The notes beneath the pieces were generated by a model that was given only the letters and a program-made list of their open reading frames with translations, searched no databases and was not told the DNA's origin. The position numbers were made by a program, and so were the translations under genes. From Alphaproteobacteria bacterium (GTDB lineage: Bacteria; Pseudomonadota; Alphaproteobacteria; UBA9219; RGZA01), in assembly GCA_033762625.1 (NCBI GenBank), contig JANRLI010000016.1, positions 77,660 through 141,659 on the forward strand: a stretch of 64,000 nucleotides of DNA, given 5' to 3'. Every line of letters begins with the position of its first letter. Position 1 is the first letter of the stretch. This document shows positions 25,752 through 35,282 of the stretch, piece after piece.

Positions 25752-27437
25752 ATGTTCTTCAGGAATTCTGCCTTTTTGCTGCTATGTGCACTTTGCCTGT
25801 GCATGCCGCTTGGCGCGGTGGCACAGGTAGCGATACCCAATTCCGCCGATATCAGCCGCATCAAACCCGAAGAACATATTCCGTCACTATCCCACACGAA
25901 TGACGGTAAAATATCCATCCCGTCCGGCAAGGGCGCAGCGCCAGTCCCGGATGAAGCAAAACGCGTGAAGCTCACTCTGAAATCCTTGAAGATTATCGGT
26001 GCAACCGTTTATGCTCCAGCCGAACTTGATGCGCTGTATGCAACCAACATCGGTAAGGACATCACCTTGGATGCGGTTTATAAAACCGCATCCGCCATTA
26101 CCGAAAAATACCGTAATGACGGCTATTTCCTGAGCAGGGCATTCGTTCCAGAACAGGAAATCGAAGATGGCAACGTCACCATTCGCGTCGTCGAAGGTTA
26201 TGTCGGCGCAGTGGACGGCACCAGCACATTTGCGGATTCAGCAATCGTCAATGATGCGATTGAACGCCTAACGCATAAACGCCCGTTGACCTCTGATGAT
26301 ATCGAGCGATTTTTATTATTGCTGGATGATCTGCCGGGGTATGAATTTGGCGGTACATTATCACCGCTTGAAGATGCGCCCGATGGCGCGGTCAAGCTGA
26401 CGCTCACCGTCAAAGAGACCCAAGGCACCGGTTCCATCAATTTCGATAATCACTCATCGCGCTTTCTGGGGCCGAATGAAATTTCGGCATCCTATTCCAA
26501 AAGTTTTATCCCGTTTCAGCAAACAACCATCTCTGCATTGTCGGATGTTGACCGCACCAAATTGCGTTATGGCACGATTGATCATTCCATCGCGCTTAGC
26601 ACGGATATGAAGCTGAATATTGCCGGCGGCGTTACGCAAGCCATGCCCGGTTACTCGCTGGAAAGCTCGGAAATCGACAGTATTTCAATCTTTGCCAGCA
26701 TCGCGCTCAACTATCAATTGCTGCGCACTCGTCAGCAAAATCTCGGCCTAAAGGCATGCGTTGATGGACGCGATGTCAAAAGCGATATCCTTGGCGCGCC
26801 GCTGACACGAGATTATATCCGCGCATTCCGCGCCAGCGCAAATTACGATCTCGCCGATGGCTGGCATGGCTTCAATAACGCAACCATCACACTCGCCCAC
26901 GGTGTGGACTGGCTGGGCTCCAGCCATCCCAATGATCTCAACCTATCGCGCATCGGCGCATTGCCGGATTTCACCAAGGGCGAATTATCACTCTCGCGCC
27001 TGCAAAGCATTACGCAAGACTGGTCGGTTCTTATCGCTGGCGAAGGTCAATGGGCATCGGGCGTTTTATATTCATCTGAACAATTCGGATATGGCGGACA
27101 AAATTTTGGCCGTGCGTATGATTCATCCGACATCACGGGCGATCACGGCATCAAAGGTTCTGTTGAAATGCGTTACGGCGGATGGACAGGAGAACGCATG
27201 GTCAATCTGCAGCCTTATGTGTTTTACGATATCGGAAAAGTGTGGAACGAGGCGGTCGGCCAACCGTCGAATATTTCTGCATCGACAGCGGGCATTGGGC
27301 TTCGCTTCAATACGCAATGGAAACAATCGGGGAACCTGGGGGTTGCATTCCCGCTCGACCGTGATATTACCACCCCCATTTACGGGTCGGGCGAGCGCGG
27401 CCCGCGCTTCATCCTGCAAATAAGCCAACAATTCTAA
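25752..27437 (+). CDS. Two-partner secretion outer membrane transporter TpsB (ShlB/FhaC/HecB family)
   Basis: Signal peptide; POTRA-like region with YFLSRAFVPEQEIEDGNVTIRVVEGYVG; 561 aa; C-terminal barrel ending FILQISQQF (terminal Phe). Confidence 0.8.
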   Translation: MFFRNSAFLLLCALCLCMPLGAVAQVAIPNSADISRIKPEEHIPSLSHTNDGKISIPSGKGAAPVPDEAKRVKLTLKSLKIIGATVYAPAELDALYATNIGKDITLDAVYKTASAITEKYRNDGYFLSRAFVPEQEIEDGNVTIRVVEGYVGAVDGTSTFADSAIVNDAIERLTHKRPLTSDDIERFLLLLDDLPGYEFGGTLSPLEDAPDGAVKLTLTVKETQGTGSINFDNHSSRFLGPNEISASYSKSFIPFQQTTISALSDVDRTKLRYGTIDHSIALSTDMKLNIAGGVTQAMPGYSLESSEIDSISIFASIALNYQLLRTRQQNLGLKACVDGRDVKSDILGAPLTRDYIRAFRASANYDLADGWHGFNNATITLAHGVDWLGSSHPNDLNLSRIGALPDFTKGELSLSRLQSITQDWSVLIAGEGQWASGVLYSSEQFGYGGQNFGRAYDSSDITGDHGIKGSVEMRYGGWTGERMVNLQPYVFYDIGKVWNEAVGQPSNISASTAGIGLRFNTQWKQSGNLGVAFPLDRDITTPIYGSGERGPRFILQISQQF

Positions 27438-27604
27438 AGCCTTATATAAAGGCGACGGTGCACGTGAATAGTGTTACCAAAAATTAATCAATAAAAATAA
27501 CGACTTATACATTTTTTAATGGCTTTTGACGCAAATTATACGCGTATAGCCCGTATATAGAGTATGCGCTTTAAAAAAAAGGCGCATACGAAACACGTTC
27601 AGCG

Positions 27605-30600
27605 ATGACCGATTTTCGTTTGAGATCACTGCCAAAAACTGAATTCGCCCGTATGTTGCGCACGGGCAAAAAGGCATTGTGCTGTCTCGTGTCGTTTGCA
27701 TTCTTTGCCATGCAGACAATGCCATTGCTCGCCAATCCGGTTAATGGAACGGTAAGTGCGGGCAGCGCCAATATCAGCTCTGCTGGAAATACCCTCACAG
27801 TCACCCAAACAACCGATAAAGCCGTCATCGACTGGCGCGGCTTTGATATCGCGAAGGGTGAAACCACGCGCTTTGTTCAGCCATCCTCTTCGTCCATGAC
27901 ATTGAACCGCGTGAGCAGTAACGCGCCGAGCTTCATCGACGGCAATCTGACTGCGAATGGTAATCTGGTTGTTGTAAATCCGAATGGCGTGTGGTTCGGA
28001 CCCAATGCACGCGTCGATGTCAACGGCCTCATCGCCAGTACGGCGAATATCAGCAATAACGCGTTCATGAACAATACCGGCATCCTAAATTTCGATGAAG
28101 CCGGAAACCCTGATGCAGCGATTATAAATGATGGCCTTATCACCGCCAAAGATGCAGGACTTGTCGGGCTTGTTGCACCAAATGTCATCAATCGTGGCAT
28201 CATTTATGCTCGCCTTGGCCGTGTAGCACTCGCATCCGGCGATACGGCGACGGTGGATTTATACGGCGATGATCTGATCAAGGTTGCGGTTTCGGACAAA
28301 GTCAAATCACAACTCGTCAGCAATAGCGGTGTGATTGCTGCCCCTGGCGGAACCATCGCGCTGACCGCCGCCGCCGGAAAAGACATCGTCAACAGTTTGA
28401 TAACCGTGCATGGCGAACTGGCTGCGCCCAGCATCCGCGAACATAATGGCAAGATTATCATCGCAGCCCAAGGCAGCAACAAGACAACCAAACAAGGCCA
28501 TAGCACTGTCCTCGTCTCTGGCATTCTCGACGCATCGGGCCGCAATGCAAGTGAACATGGCGGCAGCATTCAGGTAACGGGTGATAATATCGGCTTATTG
28601 GCTGGCACCCGCATCGATGCATCGGGCAGCGATGGATTATCCGGAACAACACTTGGCAAAGCAATTTCTTCCATGCGCATCGGTGCAGCCGGCGGGGATA
28701 TCCGCATCGGCGGTGATTATCTGGGCGGCGGTCATACACCCACCGCGCTGAACCTTTACGTCGATAAGGATGTGTTGGTGTTGAATGATGCCCTGAATAG
28801 CGGCGATGCAGGCCGAACCATCTTCTGGTCGGATGGCACGACACAATTCTACGGCAATGTCTATGCGCGTGCACTGGGCGGCAAAGGCATTCATGCCACC
28901 ACATGGAATGCGATTGCGGGCGGCAATGCCGGTGATGGCGGCTTCATCGAAACATCCGGCCACGGACATCTGGACGCTGGCGGCTATGTTGATCTCACCA
29001 GCAGCAACGGTTCACGGGGCACCTATTTCCTTGACCCGACCAACATCACCATCTACGGGAACTTCGCACCGAACTACGCAACGGTCATCACAGGTTCAAC
29101 CGGCGCGCTTTCCGCCAGCTTGAAACTATGGGTGGATTCAAGCGATACCGCCAATGTCAATCTCACCTACAGCGCACTGACCACAGCAGGCGCGAATAGC
29201 TGTGCAAGTTCATGCCTAACCGCGAACGGCACATCCGGCGCAACAACCATCACCACAAGCGCTAACATCGCTTCTACACTTCAGGTCGGCCAACGCCTTC
29301 GCCTTGGCGCTGCCGGCAGCGTAACAGCCGCCTCCACGCTTGGCACAGACACCTACACCATCAGCTCCATTTCCGGCACCACTATCACATTCTCCAGCGC
29401 ACTCACCGCGACATACACAAACGCAGTGGTCTATGCCGGCTACGTATCACAAATGACTGATAAAAGCGGTCTGGGTAATAACGCGACGCAGGCAACGGCC
29501 GCGAACATGCCGCTATGGATAAGCAATGGGTTTAATTCAATCGGGACCACGAATTACTCTGGCAGCTCCTACCTCAATCTCCCGAACCTCATGTCAGGCG
29601 CAACAGCGGGCAGCGGTTTTTTCAGCGCGATCAATGCGGCCGATCCGCCGGGTACCGGAAGCCAGACAGGTATGCCTTTTGGTAATTGGGGCACCGGCAT
29701 TCAATCCCACTATGTCTGGACGGACGGCGTTGTATACGATTCATTCGGCTCCAATCTCAGAAAGACCGCTGCAAATCCTGTTCCGGCATTGACGACAGCC
29801 AATGTGTATGGGGTCATCTCTGCGGCGAATGACTGGCGCGACTATATCAACGGACAAGCTCTTTTCTCGACCACGACGAACACCGTCGCATGGGGCACAA
29901 CGCCGACGATTGGTAATAATGTTGGCTCGTATTTCTTTACAGGAAAACTTGGTGATGTTTTTGCCTATAACAAAGCTGTATCCGCGAACGAACAGACGCT
30001 GTTGAACCAGTACATATCCGGAAAATGGAATGTTGCACTTCTTCCTCCGGGTAGTGGCGCAACTGAAGTTGCGCAGGCAACCGCAAGCGTGCAGAAAGGC
30101 GATGCGGTTGATGGGTACAGCGTCTTTACAACCCGTTATTTACAACGCTTATCGCAATCCGCAAATATCAGCTTGCAATCGTCGAATAACATCACCCTTG
30201 ATTTTCAGGGCGATAATATGAATTTCACGACGGCAGGTCGCACCCTCACCCTGACAGCAGGAAATCAGATTACAACAGCATCTACCGGAACCATCACGAC
30301 CAATGCGGGGGCGATCACCTTGAATGCCACCAACGGCATTTTAATCAATAATGCCTTCACGATTAATTCTGCAAATGGCGCGGTCAATATCAATAACGCT
30401 GTTACGCTTGCCGCGAATTTGAGTGTGACATCCGGTTCAGGCACACTAACCTTCGCCAGCACCATCGATGGCGCAGGTGGTTTGACCACAAGCTCTACCA
30501 ATGGTGCAACAATCTTCAACGGGGCTGTTGGTGGCACAACGCCGATTACCAGCTATACCGGAACAGGCCGCGACCTTACCATCAATCAAAACATCACCAG

Positions 30601-33600
30601 TAGCGGCAATATCAGTGCTGCATTCACGCGTGACATCACCCTTGCCGCAACGAAAACGATTACAACGGGCGCCGCAGGCGCGCTCACACTCACCGCTGCC
30701 GGTAACAGCGTAAACGGCACAGGAAATCTGAACCTCAATGGTAATCTCAGTGTTGGCACCGGCGCTTTAACACTATTATCTGGTGTGAATGGCACGCGGC
30801 CAAGCTGGACCGCGACGACAAGCAACCTTGTCCGTCAAGGCGCAACTTTTGGCACAGTGTCCATTCAGGGTTTTCTCGATACCACGATCTCGCGCGACAT
30901 TAACAGCAGCGGCAACATCACACTTCTTTCAAATCGCGATCTGACCTTAAGCCCCGCAAACACCCTGACAACCAGCGCCACAGGCGCCCTCAGCATGACC
31001 GCTGCAAACGGTTCAACAGCTGGCACGGGCAACCTTACGATCAATGGCAACCTTAGCGTGGGTACAGGCGCGCTCACTTTCCTGTCGGGAATTAATGGCA
31101 CACGGCCAAGCTTAACGGTCACAACCACAAATCTTGTGCGTCAAGGCGCGACATTCGGCGCGGTCAGTATCCAAGGATTCAATGCCTTCACACTCAATCG
31201 CATTTTGAATTCAACGTCATCTGTGCTCTTTGCCAATAACACAACAACGACACTACAGAACAACGTAACAAGCACGGCATCAACCATCACATTCAGCAAT
31301 CCGGTCATTATCGCGGAAGCTACGAGCATCAATGTTTCCACAACCAATCAGGCAATCACGTTTGGCAGCACCATCACCGATACGGCAGGCGGCGTTACCG
31401 AAACCCTTACGGTCAATCCTGGCACATCTAGCGCGACCTTCACTGGCGCCGTGAACGGTGTGGCCATAACGGTCAGCGCAGGGTCTGCAACGCTTTCATC
31501 GGCATGGGGCGCAACCTCGGCGCTGGGCGCAACCAGCATCACCACCACAAGCTCTCTCACATTACCTGCGATTACCGCTGCATCGCTTAGCGTCAACACA
31601 TCTGGCGCAAGTTCAAGTTTGCAAGTCAGCGGCAGTCTTTCAACAACGCTCAGCGGCGGCGCGCTGAGCCTGACCAGCGGCGCATTCATCGTCAGCAATG
31701 CTGCATCCACAATTTCCAGCACCAATGGTGCCATCACGTTCAATGCAGGAAGTTCGCTGTATCTTGCAACCGCATCGGCCGCGATCAACAGCACGGGCGG
31801 CGCGATTACCTTTACGGGTACCAATGGCATAATTGTTGGCGCGGACACTTCGGTGAATAGTGGCGGCGGCAATATTAATTTTAATCAGGCTGTCACCATG
31901 GCAGCTCCGCTCAGTCTGACGCTTGGAACCGGCACACTCACTTTTGCGAGCACGATTGACGGATCCGCACCATCCTATAGCACCTTCAGCGTTCTGGCAG
32001 TTGGCGCGGGCGGTGGTGGTGGTGGCATGGATGCTGCAACACGAGGCTCTGGCGGCGGCAGCGGCGCTGCAGTTGATGCGGTCGTGAATGTGTCGGCTGG
32101 CGCTGTTTATACCGTTGCGGTTGGCGGCGGCGGCGCTGGTGGTACAAATTCGCTTTCATCAGCTGCAGGTGGTGCAGGCGGTGTGAATGGCGGCGGCTCT
32201 GGCGGTGCAGCGGGTGCATCGGGTACCAGTGGTGGCGGTGGCGGCGGTGGCGGATTCTCAGGAATTTATATCGGCGGAACCTATTACGTGGTCGCTGGCG
32301 GTGGCGCGGGCGGTGGCGGCGGTAATGAAGGCTTTGCAAAAAGTGTTGGCGGCGCAGGTGGCGGAACGCAAACCTCCAATACTGGCACGACATCGGGCGG
32401 CGTTGGACAAAGCTATTCGGGTGATGGTGGCGGTGGTGGCGGTGGCGGTGGTGGCTTCTTGGGCGGCGCCGGACAAACCGGTATTGCCGTATCGACACCG
32501 GCAGCCTTCAGCAATGGCGGCAGCAATTATTCGAATCCCGGCAATGTCTCCGCCACGATCACGCTGGGTAATGCGGGTTCCGCCAACGCGGTAAGCACCG
32601 GCGGCGGCGCAGCGACCATCGCAGCAGGCAGAGCGACATTCTATAGCTATGGCAACAATCTAGGGGTGGGTGGTACTGCCGTAGGTAGCGGAACGGCAGG
32701 CACAAATGGTGCTGTCATCATCCGTTACACAGGCACGACTGCGCAAGCATTGGTGGTGGGCGGAACCATCACAACATCGGGCGGCGATGTCATCGTGACC
32801 TATGCCAACACCGGTACAAATAGTTCATTCAGTCCGATCGCCGGATGTTCGGGAAATTGTAATCTGACCATCAATGCCGGCACCGTGAATTTCGGCGGGA
32901 ATGTGGGAAGCACACAGGCGCTCGATGCCGTATCTGTAACAACCACCAACGGCTTGACACTACCAAACATCACCGCCTCCAGCGTGATAGCCCGCACAAC
33001 AGGTGTCGCAGCAGATCTAACCATTGCCGCAGCGAAAGTCATCACCGCAAGCGGCAGCGGCGACGCAATCAAATTGGCGGCGGGCAGGAACTTCATCAAT
33101 AATGCGGGATCAGGTGCGCTTGTCACTCCATCCGGCAGATGGCTGGTATATTCAACCAATCCTTCAAATGATACGATTGGCGGCCTCAGCAATTCATTCC
33201 GCCGCTTCAGCTGCACCTATGGCGGTTCATGCCCATCTTTCCCTGGAACAGGTAACGGTCTTCTCTATACCACCACACCTCTACTGACGATCACCCCGAA
33301 TGCGCTCAGCAGTATCGTCTATGGCGCAGCAGCACCGAATTTGAGCGGCTATGCGTACACAGCAACGGGATATCTGGGTTCGGATTCCAGCGCCGATACG
33401 TTGACAGGATCATTGACCGGCAGCAGCAGTTATATAGCGGGTTCGAATATCGGCACCTATAATATCAACTACGGTCTTGGCTCGCTTTCATCGGTATTGG
33501 GTTATGGTTTTAGCTATGCGAATAACGCAAGCGCATTCACCGTCACACCGCGTCCTATCACCATTACCGCTGATGCAAAAACCAAAACCTATGGCGCAGC

Positions 33601-34735
33601 CGATCCAAGCCTGACCTATCAATTAACAAGCGGCTCGCTCTATGGCAGCGATAGCTTGACAGGTACGATTGCGCGCACGGCTGGTGAAAGCGTGGCAGGT
33701 GGTCCATACTCCATCAACCAGAACACACTTTCAGCTGGCAGCAATTATACGATTACCTATGTATCCGATAATCTGTCCATCACACCTGCAGCCCTGACAG
33801 TGACGGCTGCTGCAAAAACCAAGACCTATGGCGCGGCTGATCCTGCACTCACTTACACCTATTCCGGCTTGACGAACGGCGATACCGCATCGGTATTCAC
33901 TGGTGCATTATCGCGCGCGGCTGGTGAAACCGTGACAGGTGGACCATATGCCATCAACCAGAACACACTTACAGCTGGCAGCAATTATACGATCACCTAT
34001 ACCGGAAATAATCTATCCATCACACCGGCAACACTGAACATCACCGCCAATGCGCTGAGCAAAGTATATGGCACCAATGATCCAACACTTACCTACACCA
34101 TGTCGGGTGGAACGAATATCGCATTCACCGGGGCACTCTCCCGCGCGATCGGTGAAGCCGTGAACAGCTATGCTGTCTCCCAAGGCACGCTGAGTGCAGG
34201 CAACAACTATCACCTCAACTTTGTAAGCAGCACATTCGCTATCACACCGGCGACGCTCTATGTCGCGGCCAACAGCATCACCAAGGTTTACGGCGCGGTT
34301 GATCCTGCGCTCACCTATTCGGTATCGGGTCTGGCAAATGGCGACATCCTAGGCAACGTATTAACGGGTGCATTATCACGCGAAAGCGGAACCATGGTCG
34401 GCTCCTACCGTATCACCAAACATACACTAGCCTCTAACAGCGCTAACTATACGCTCGATTACACTTCTGCATTATTCAATATCATCAGCAATGACATCCC
34501 CGTAACCGTGACGCGCGTATCGCAAGACCCGACCTTGAACATGCCAACAGCCGTGCATACAACCGAGCCAAACAGTCCGACGACAACGACAACCCAAAGC
34601 CAAACCAGCACAACAAGCAATAACCCGAATGTCTCTGCGTCTGAAGTACCAACAGATTCACAAGGCGCATGGCTGCGCATTTCACCTGCACTGGCTGCTG
34701 CACTTGGCGAAGCACCCGTTTTCATCAAATACTAA
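27605..34735 (+). CDS. Two-partner secretion exoprotein TpsA (filamentous-hemagglutinin-like, 2376 aa) with N-terminal TPS domain, Gly-rich segment and C-terminal MBG-type repeats
   Basis: TPS domain NPVNGTVSAGSANISSAGNTLTVTQTTDKAVIDWRGFDIAKGETTRFVQPSSSSMTLNRVSS...GNLVVVNPNGVWFGPNARVDVNGLIASTANI; Gly block GAGGGGGGMDAATRGSGGGSGAA...GGGGGGGGF; >=5 repeats of ...KTYGAADP.LTY...GALSR.AGE.V.GGPY.I.QNTL.AGSNYTITY...NLSITPA.L. Confidence 0.85.
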   Translation: MTDFRLRSLPKTEFARMLRTGKKALCCLVSFAFFAMQTMPLLANPVNGTVSAGSANISSAGNTLTVTQTTDKAVIDWRGFDIAKGETTRFVQPSSSSMTLNRVSSNAPSFIDGNLTANGNLVVVNPNGVWFGPNARVDVNGLIASTANISNNAFMNNTGILNFDEAGNPDAAIINDGLITAKDAGLVGLVAPNVINRGIIYARLGRVALASGDTATVDLYGDDLIKVAVSDKVKSQLVSNSGVIAAPGGTIALTAAAGKDIVNSLITVHGELAAPSIREHNGKIIIAAQGSNKTTKQGHSTVLVSGILDASGRNASEHGGSIQVTGDNIGLLAGTRIDASGSDGLSGTTLGKAISSMRIGAAGGDIRIGGDYLGGGHTPTALNLYVDKDVLVLNDALNSGDAGRTIFWSDGTTQFYGNVYARALGGKGIHATTWNAIAGGNAGDGGFIETSGHGHLDAGGYVDLTSSNGSRGTYFLDPTNITIYGNFAPNYATVITGSTGALSASLKLWVDSSDTANVNLTYSALTTAGANSCASSCLTANGTSGATTITTSANIASTLQVGQRLRLGAAGSVTAASTLGTDTYTISSISGTTITFSSALTATYTNAVVYAGYVSQMTDKSGLGNNATQATAANMPLWISNGFNSIGTTNYSGSSYLNLPNLMSGATAGSGFFSAINAADPPGTGSQTGMPFGNWGTGIQSHYVWTDGVVYDSFGSNLRKTAANPVPALTTANVYGVISAANDWRDYINGQALFSTTTNTVAWGTTPTIGNNVGSYFFTGKLGDVFAYNKAVSANEQTLLNQYISGKWNVALLPPGSGATEVAQATASVQKGDAVDGYSVFTTRYLQRLSQSANISLQSSNNITLDFQGDNMNFTTAGRTLTLTAGNQITTASTGTITTNAGAITLNATNGILINNAFTINSANGAVNINNAVTLAANLSVTSGSGTLTFASTIDGAGGLTTSSTNGATIFNGAVGGTTPITSYTGTGRDLTINQNITSSGNISAAFTRDITLAATKTITTGAAGALTLTAAGNSVNGTGNLNLNGNLSVGTGALTLLSGVNGTRPSWTATTSNLVRQGATFGTVSIQGFLDTTISRDINSSGNITLLSNRDLTLSPANTLTTSATGALSMTAANGSTAGTGNLTINGNLSVGTGALTFLSGINGTRPSLTVTTTNLVRQGATFGAVSIQGFNAFTLNRILNSTSSVLFANNTTTTLQNNVTSTASTITFSNPVIIAEATSINVSTTNQAITFGSTITDTAGGVTETLTVNPGTSSATFTGAVNGVAITVSAGSATLSSAWGATSALGATSITTTSSLTLPAITAASLSVNTSGASSSLQVSGSLSTTLSGGALSLTSGAFIVSNAASTISSTNGAITFNAGSSLYLATASAAINSTGGAITFTGTNGIIVGADTSVNSGGGNINFNQAVTMAAPLSLTLGTGTLTFASTIDGSAPSYSTFSVLAVGAGGGGGGMDAATRGSGGGSGAAVDAVVNVSAGAVYTVAVGGGGAGGTNSLSSAAGGAGGVNGGGSGGAAGASGTSGGGGGGGGFSGIYIGGTYYVVAGGGAGGGGGNEGFAKSVGGAGGGTQTSNTGTTSGGVGQSYSGDGGGGGGGGGGFLGGAGQTGIAVSTPAAFSNGGSNYSNPGNVSATITLGNAGSANAVSTGGGAATIAAGRATFYSYGNNLGVGGTAVGSGTAGTNGAVIIRYTGTTAQALVVGGTITTSGGDVIVTYANTGTNSSFSPIAGCSGNCNLTINAGTVNFGGNVGSTQALDAVSVTTTNGLTLPNITASSVIARTTGVAADLTIAAAKVITASGSGDAIKLAAGRNFINNAGSGALVTPSGRWLVYSTNPSNDTIGGLSNSFRRFSCTYGGSCPSFPGTGNGLLYTTTPLLTITPNALSSIVYGAAAPNLSGYAYTATGYLGSDSSADTLTGSLTGSSSYIAGSNIGTYNINYGLGSLSSVLGYGFSYANNASAFTVTPRPITITADAKTKTYGAADPSLTYQLTSGSLYGSDSLTGTIARTAGESVAGGPYSINQNTLSAGSNYTITYVSDNLSITPAALTVTAAAKTKTYGAADPALTYTYSGLTNGDTASVFTGALSRAAGETVTGGPYAINQNTLTAGSNYTITYTGNNLSITPATLNITANALSKVYGTNDPTLTYTMSGGTNIAFTGALSRAIGEAVNSYAVSQGTLSAGNNYHLNFVSSTFAITPATLYVAANSITKVYGAVDPALTYSVSGLANGDILGNVLTGALSRESGTMVGSYRITKHTLASNSANYTLDYTSALFNIISNDIPVTVTRVSQDPTLNMPTAVHTTEPNSPTTTTTQSQTSTTSNNPNVSASEVPTDSQGAWLRISPALAAALGEAPVFIKY

Positions 34736-34753
34736 ATTTTAGTGGTCGGTCTT

Positions 34754-34890
34754 AAAACCCGCCCGAACGGTTGCGCCACCCGCGAAGCGGCAAGCGCAGA
34801 GTGAATGGCGGAAAATGGTGCAGTCACGGTTGTGACCACATTTTTAAATTGGGCACAGAGTAGTCAGTCTAAAAGCAGGGCGGGTTGCGG
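34754..34890. repeat. Palindromic intergenic repeat, copy 2 (downstream of tpsA) with ~60 bp internal insertion and terminal inverted arms AACCCGCCC/GGGCGGGTT
   Basis: aaaacccgcccgaacggttgcgcc[...60 nt...]cacatttttaaattgggcacagagtagtcagtctaaaagcagggcgggttgcgg; flanking short direct repeats gtRgtcRgtcttaaa. Confidence 0.55.
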
Positions 34891-34916
34891 GAACCGCAGA
34901 CGCATCGCGTCGATAT

Positions 34917-35070
34917 AATGGTGGGCGATGGTGGATTCGAACCCCGTTTGCGAAGCAAACAAAACAATGCCGTAGGTTCGATGAAGATTTGAGAATGGTG
35001 GGCGATGGTGGATTCGAACCCCGTTTGCGAAGCAAACAAAACAATGCTGTAGGTTCGATGAAGATTTGAG
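34917..35070. repeat. Two tandem 77 bp units each containing a copy of the tRNA-Lys 3' end (T-arm+acceptor+CCA); att-site scar-like
   Basis: Unit aatggtgggcgatggtggattcgaaccccgtttgcgaagcaaacaaaacaatgcYgtaggttcgatgaagatttgag x2 (1 mismatch), third copy of the first 27 nt is the genuine tRNA 3' end at 35071. Confidence 0.7.
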
Positions 35071-35072
35071 AA

Positions 35073-35148
35073 TGGTGGGCGATGTAGGATTCGAACCTAC
35101 GACCTATTGATTAAGAGTCAACTGCTCTACCAACTGAGCTAATCGCCC
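35073..35148 (-). tRNA. tRNA-Lys (anticodon CTT), 76 nt, CCA encoded
   Basis: GGGCGATTAGCTCAGTTGGTAGAGCAGTTGACTCTTAATCAATAGGTCGTAGGTTCGAATCCTACATCGCCCACCA; 7 bp acceptor stem perfect, D-arm GCTC/GAGC, anticodon stem GTTGA/TCAAT, loop CTCTTAA, T-arm GTAGG-TTCGAAT-CCTAC. Confidence 0.85.
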
Positions 35149-35282
35149 GCACCATGGGTAAAACATGAAGCCAGGTTTCAGCGCCATGTTTTTCGAAGGC
35201 AGTGATTTAGCAAGGTACAGTATGAATGTCTAGCCATCATTCTGGGCCACAACAGATGCTAAAACCGCGTTTTTATTATGGG

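Noticed and set aside
31986-32594. His/Arg-rich 170 aa minus-strand ORF and overlapping Ala-rich plus-frame ORF inside tpsA
   Set aside because: Produced by the GGC/GGT-rich poly-Gly coding block of TpsA. There are no start or RBS signals, and the composition follows the sense-strand repeat.
34917-35070. Tandem 77 bp repeats considered as a mini CRISPR array
   Set aside because: Only two units, the would-be spacers are identical, and the repeat is a copy of the tRNA 3' end. No cas genes are present.
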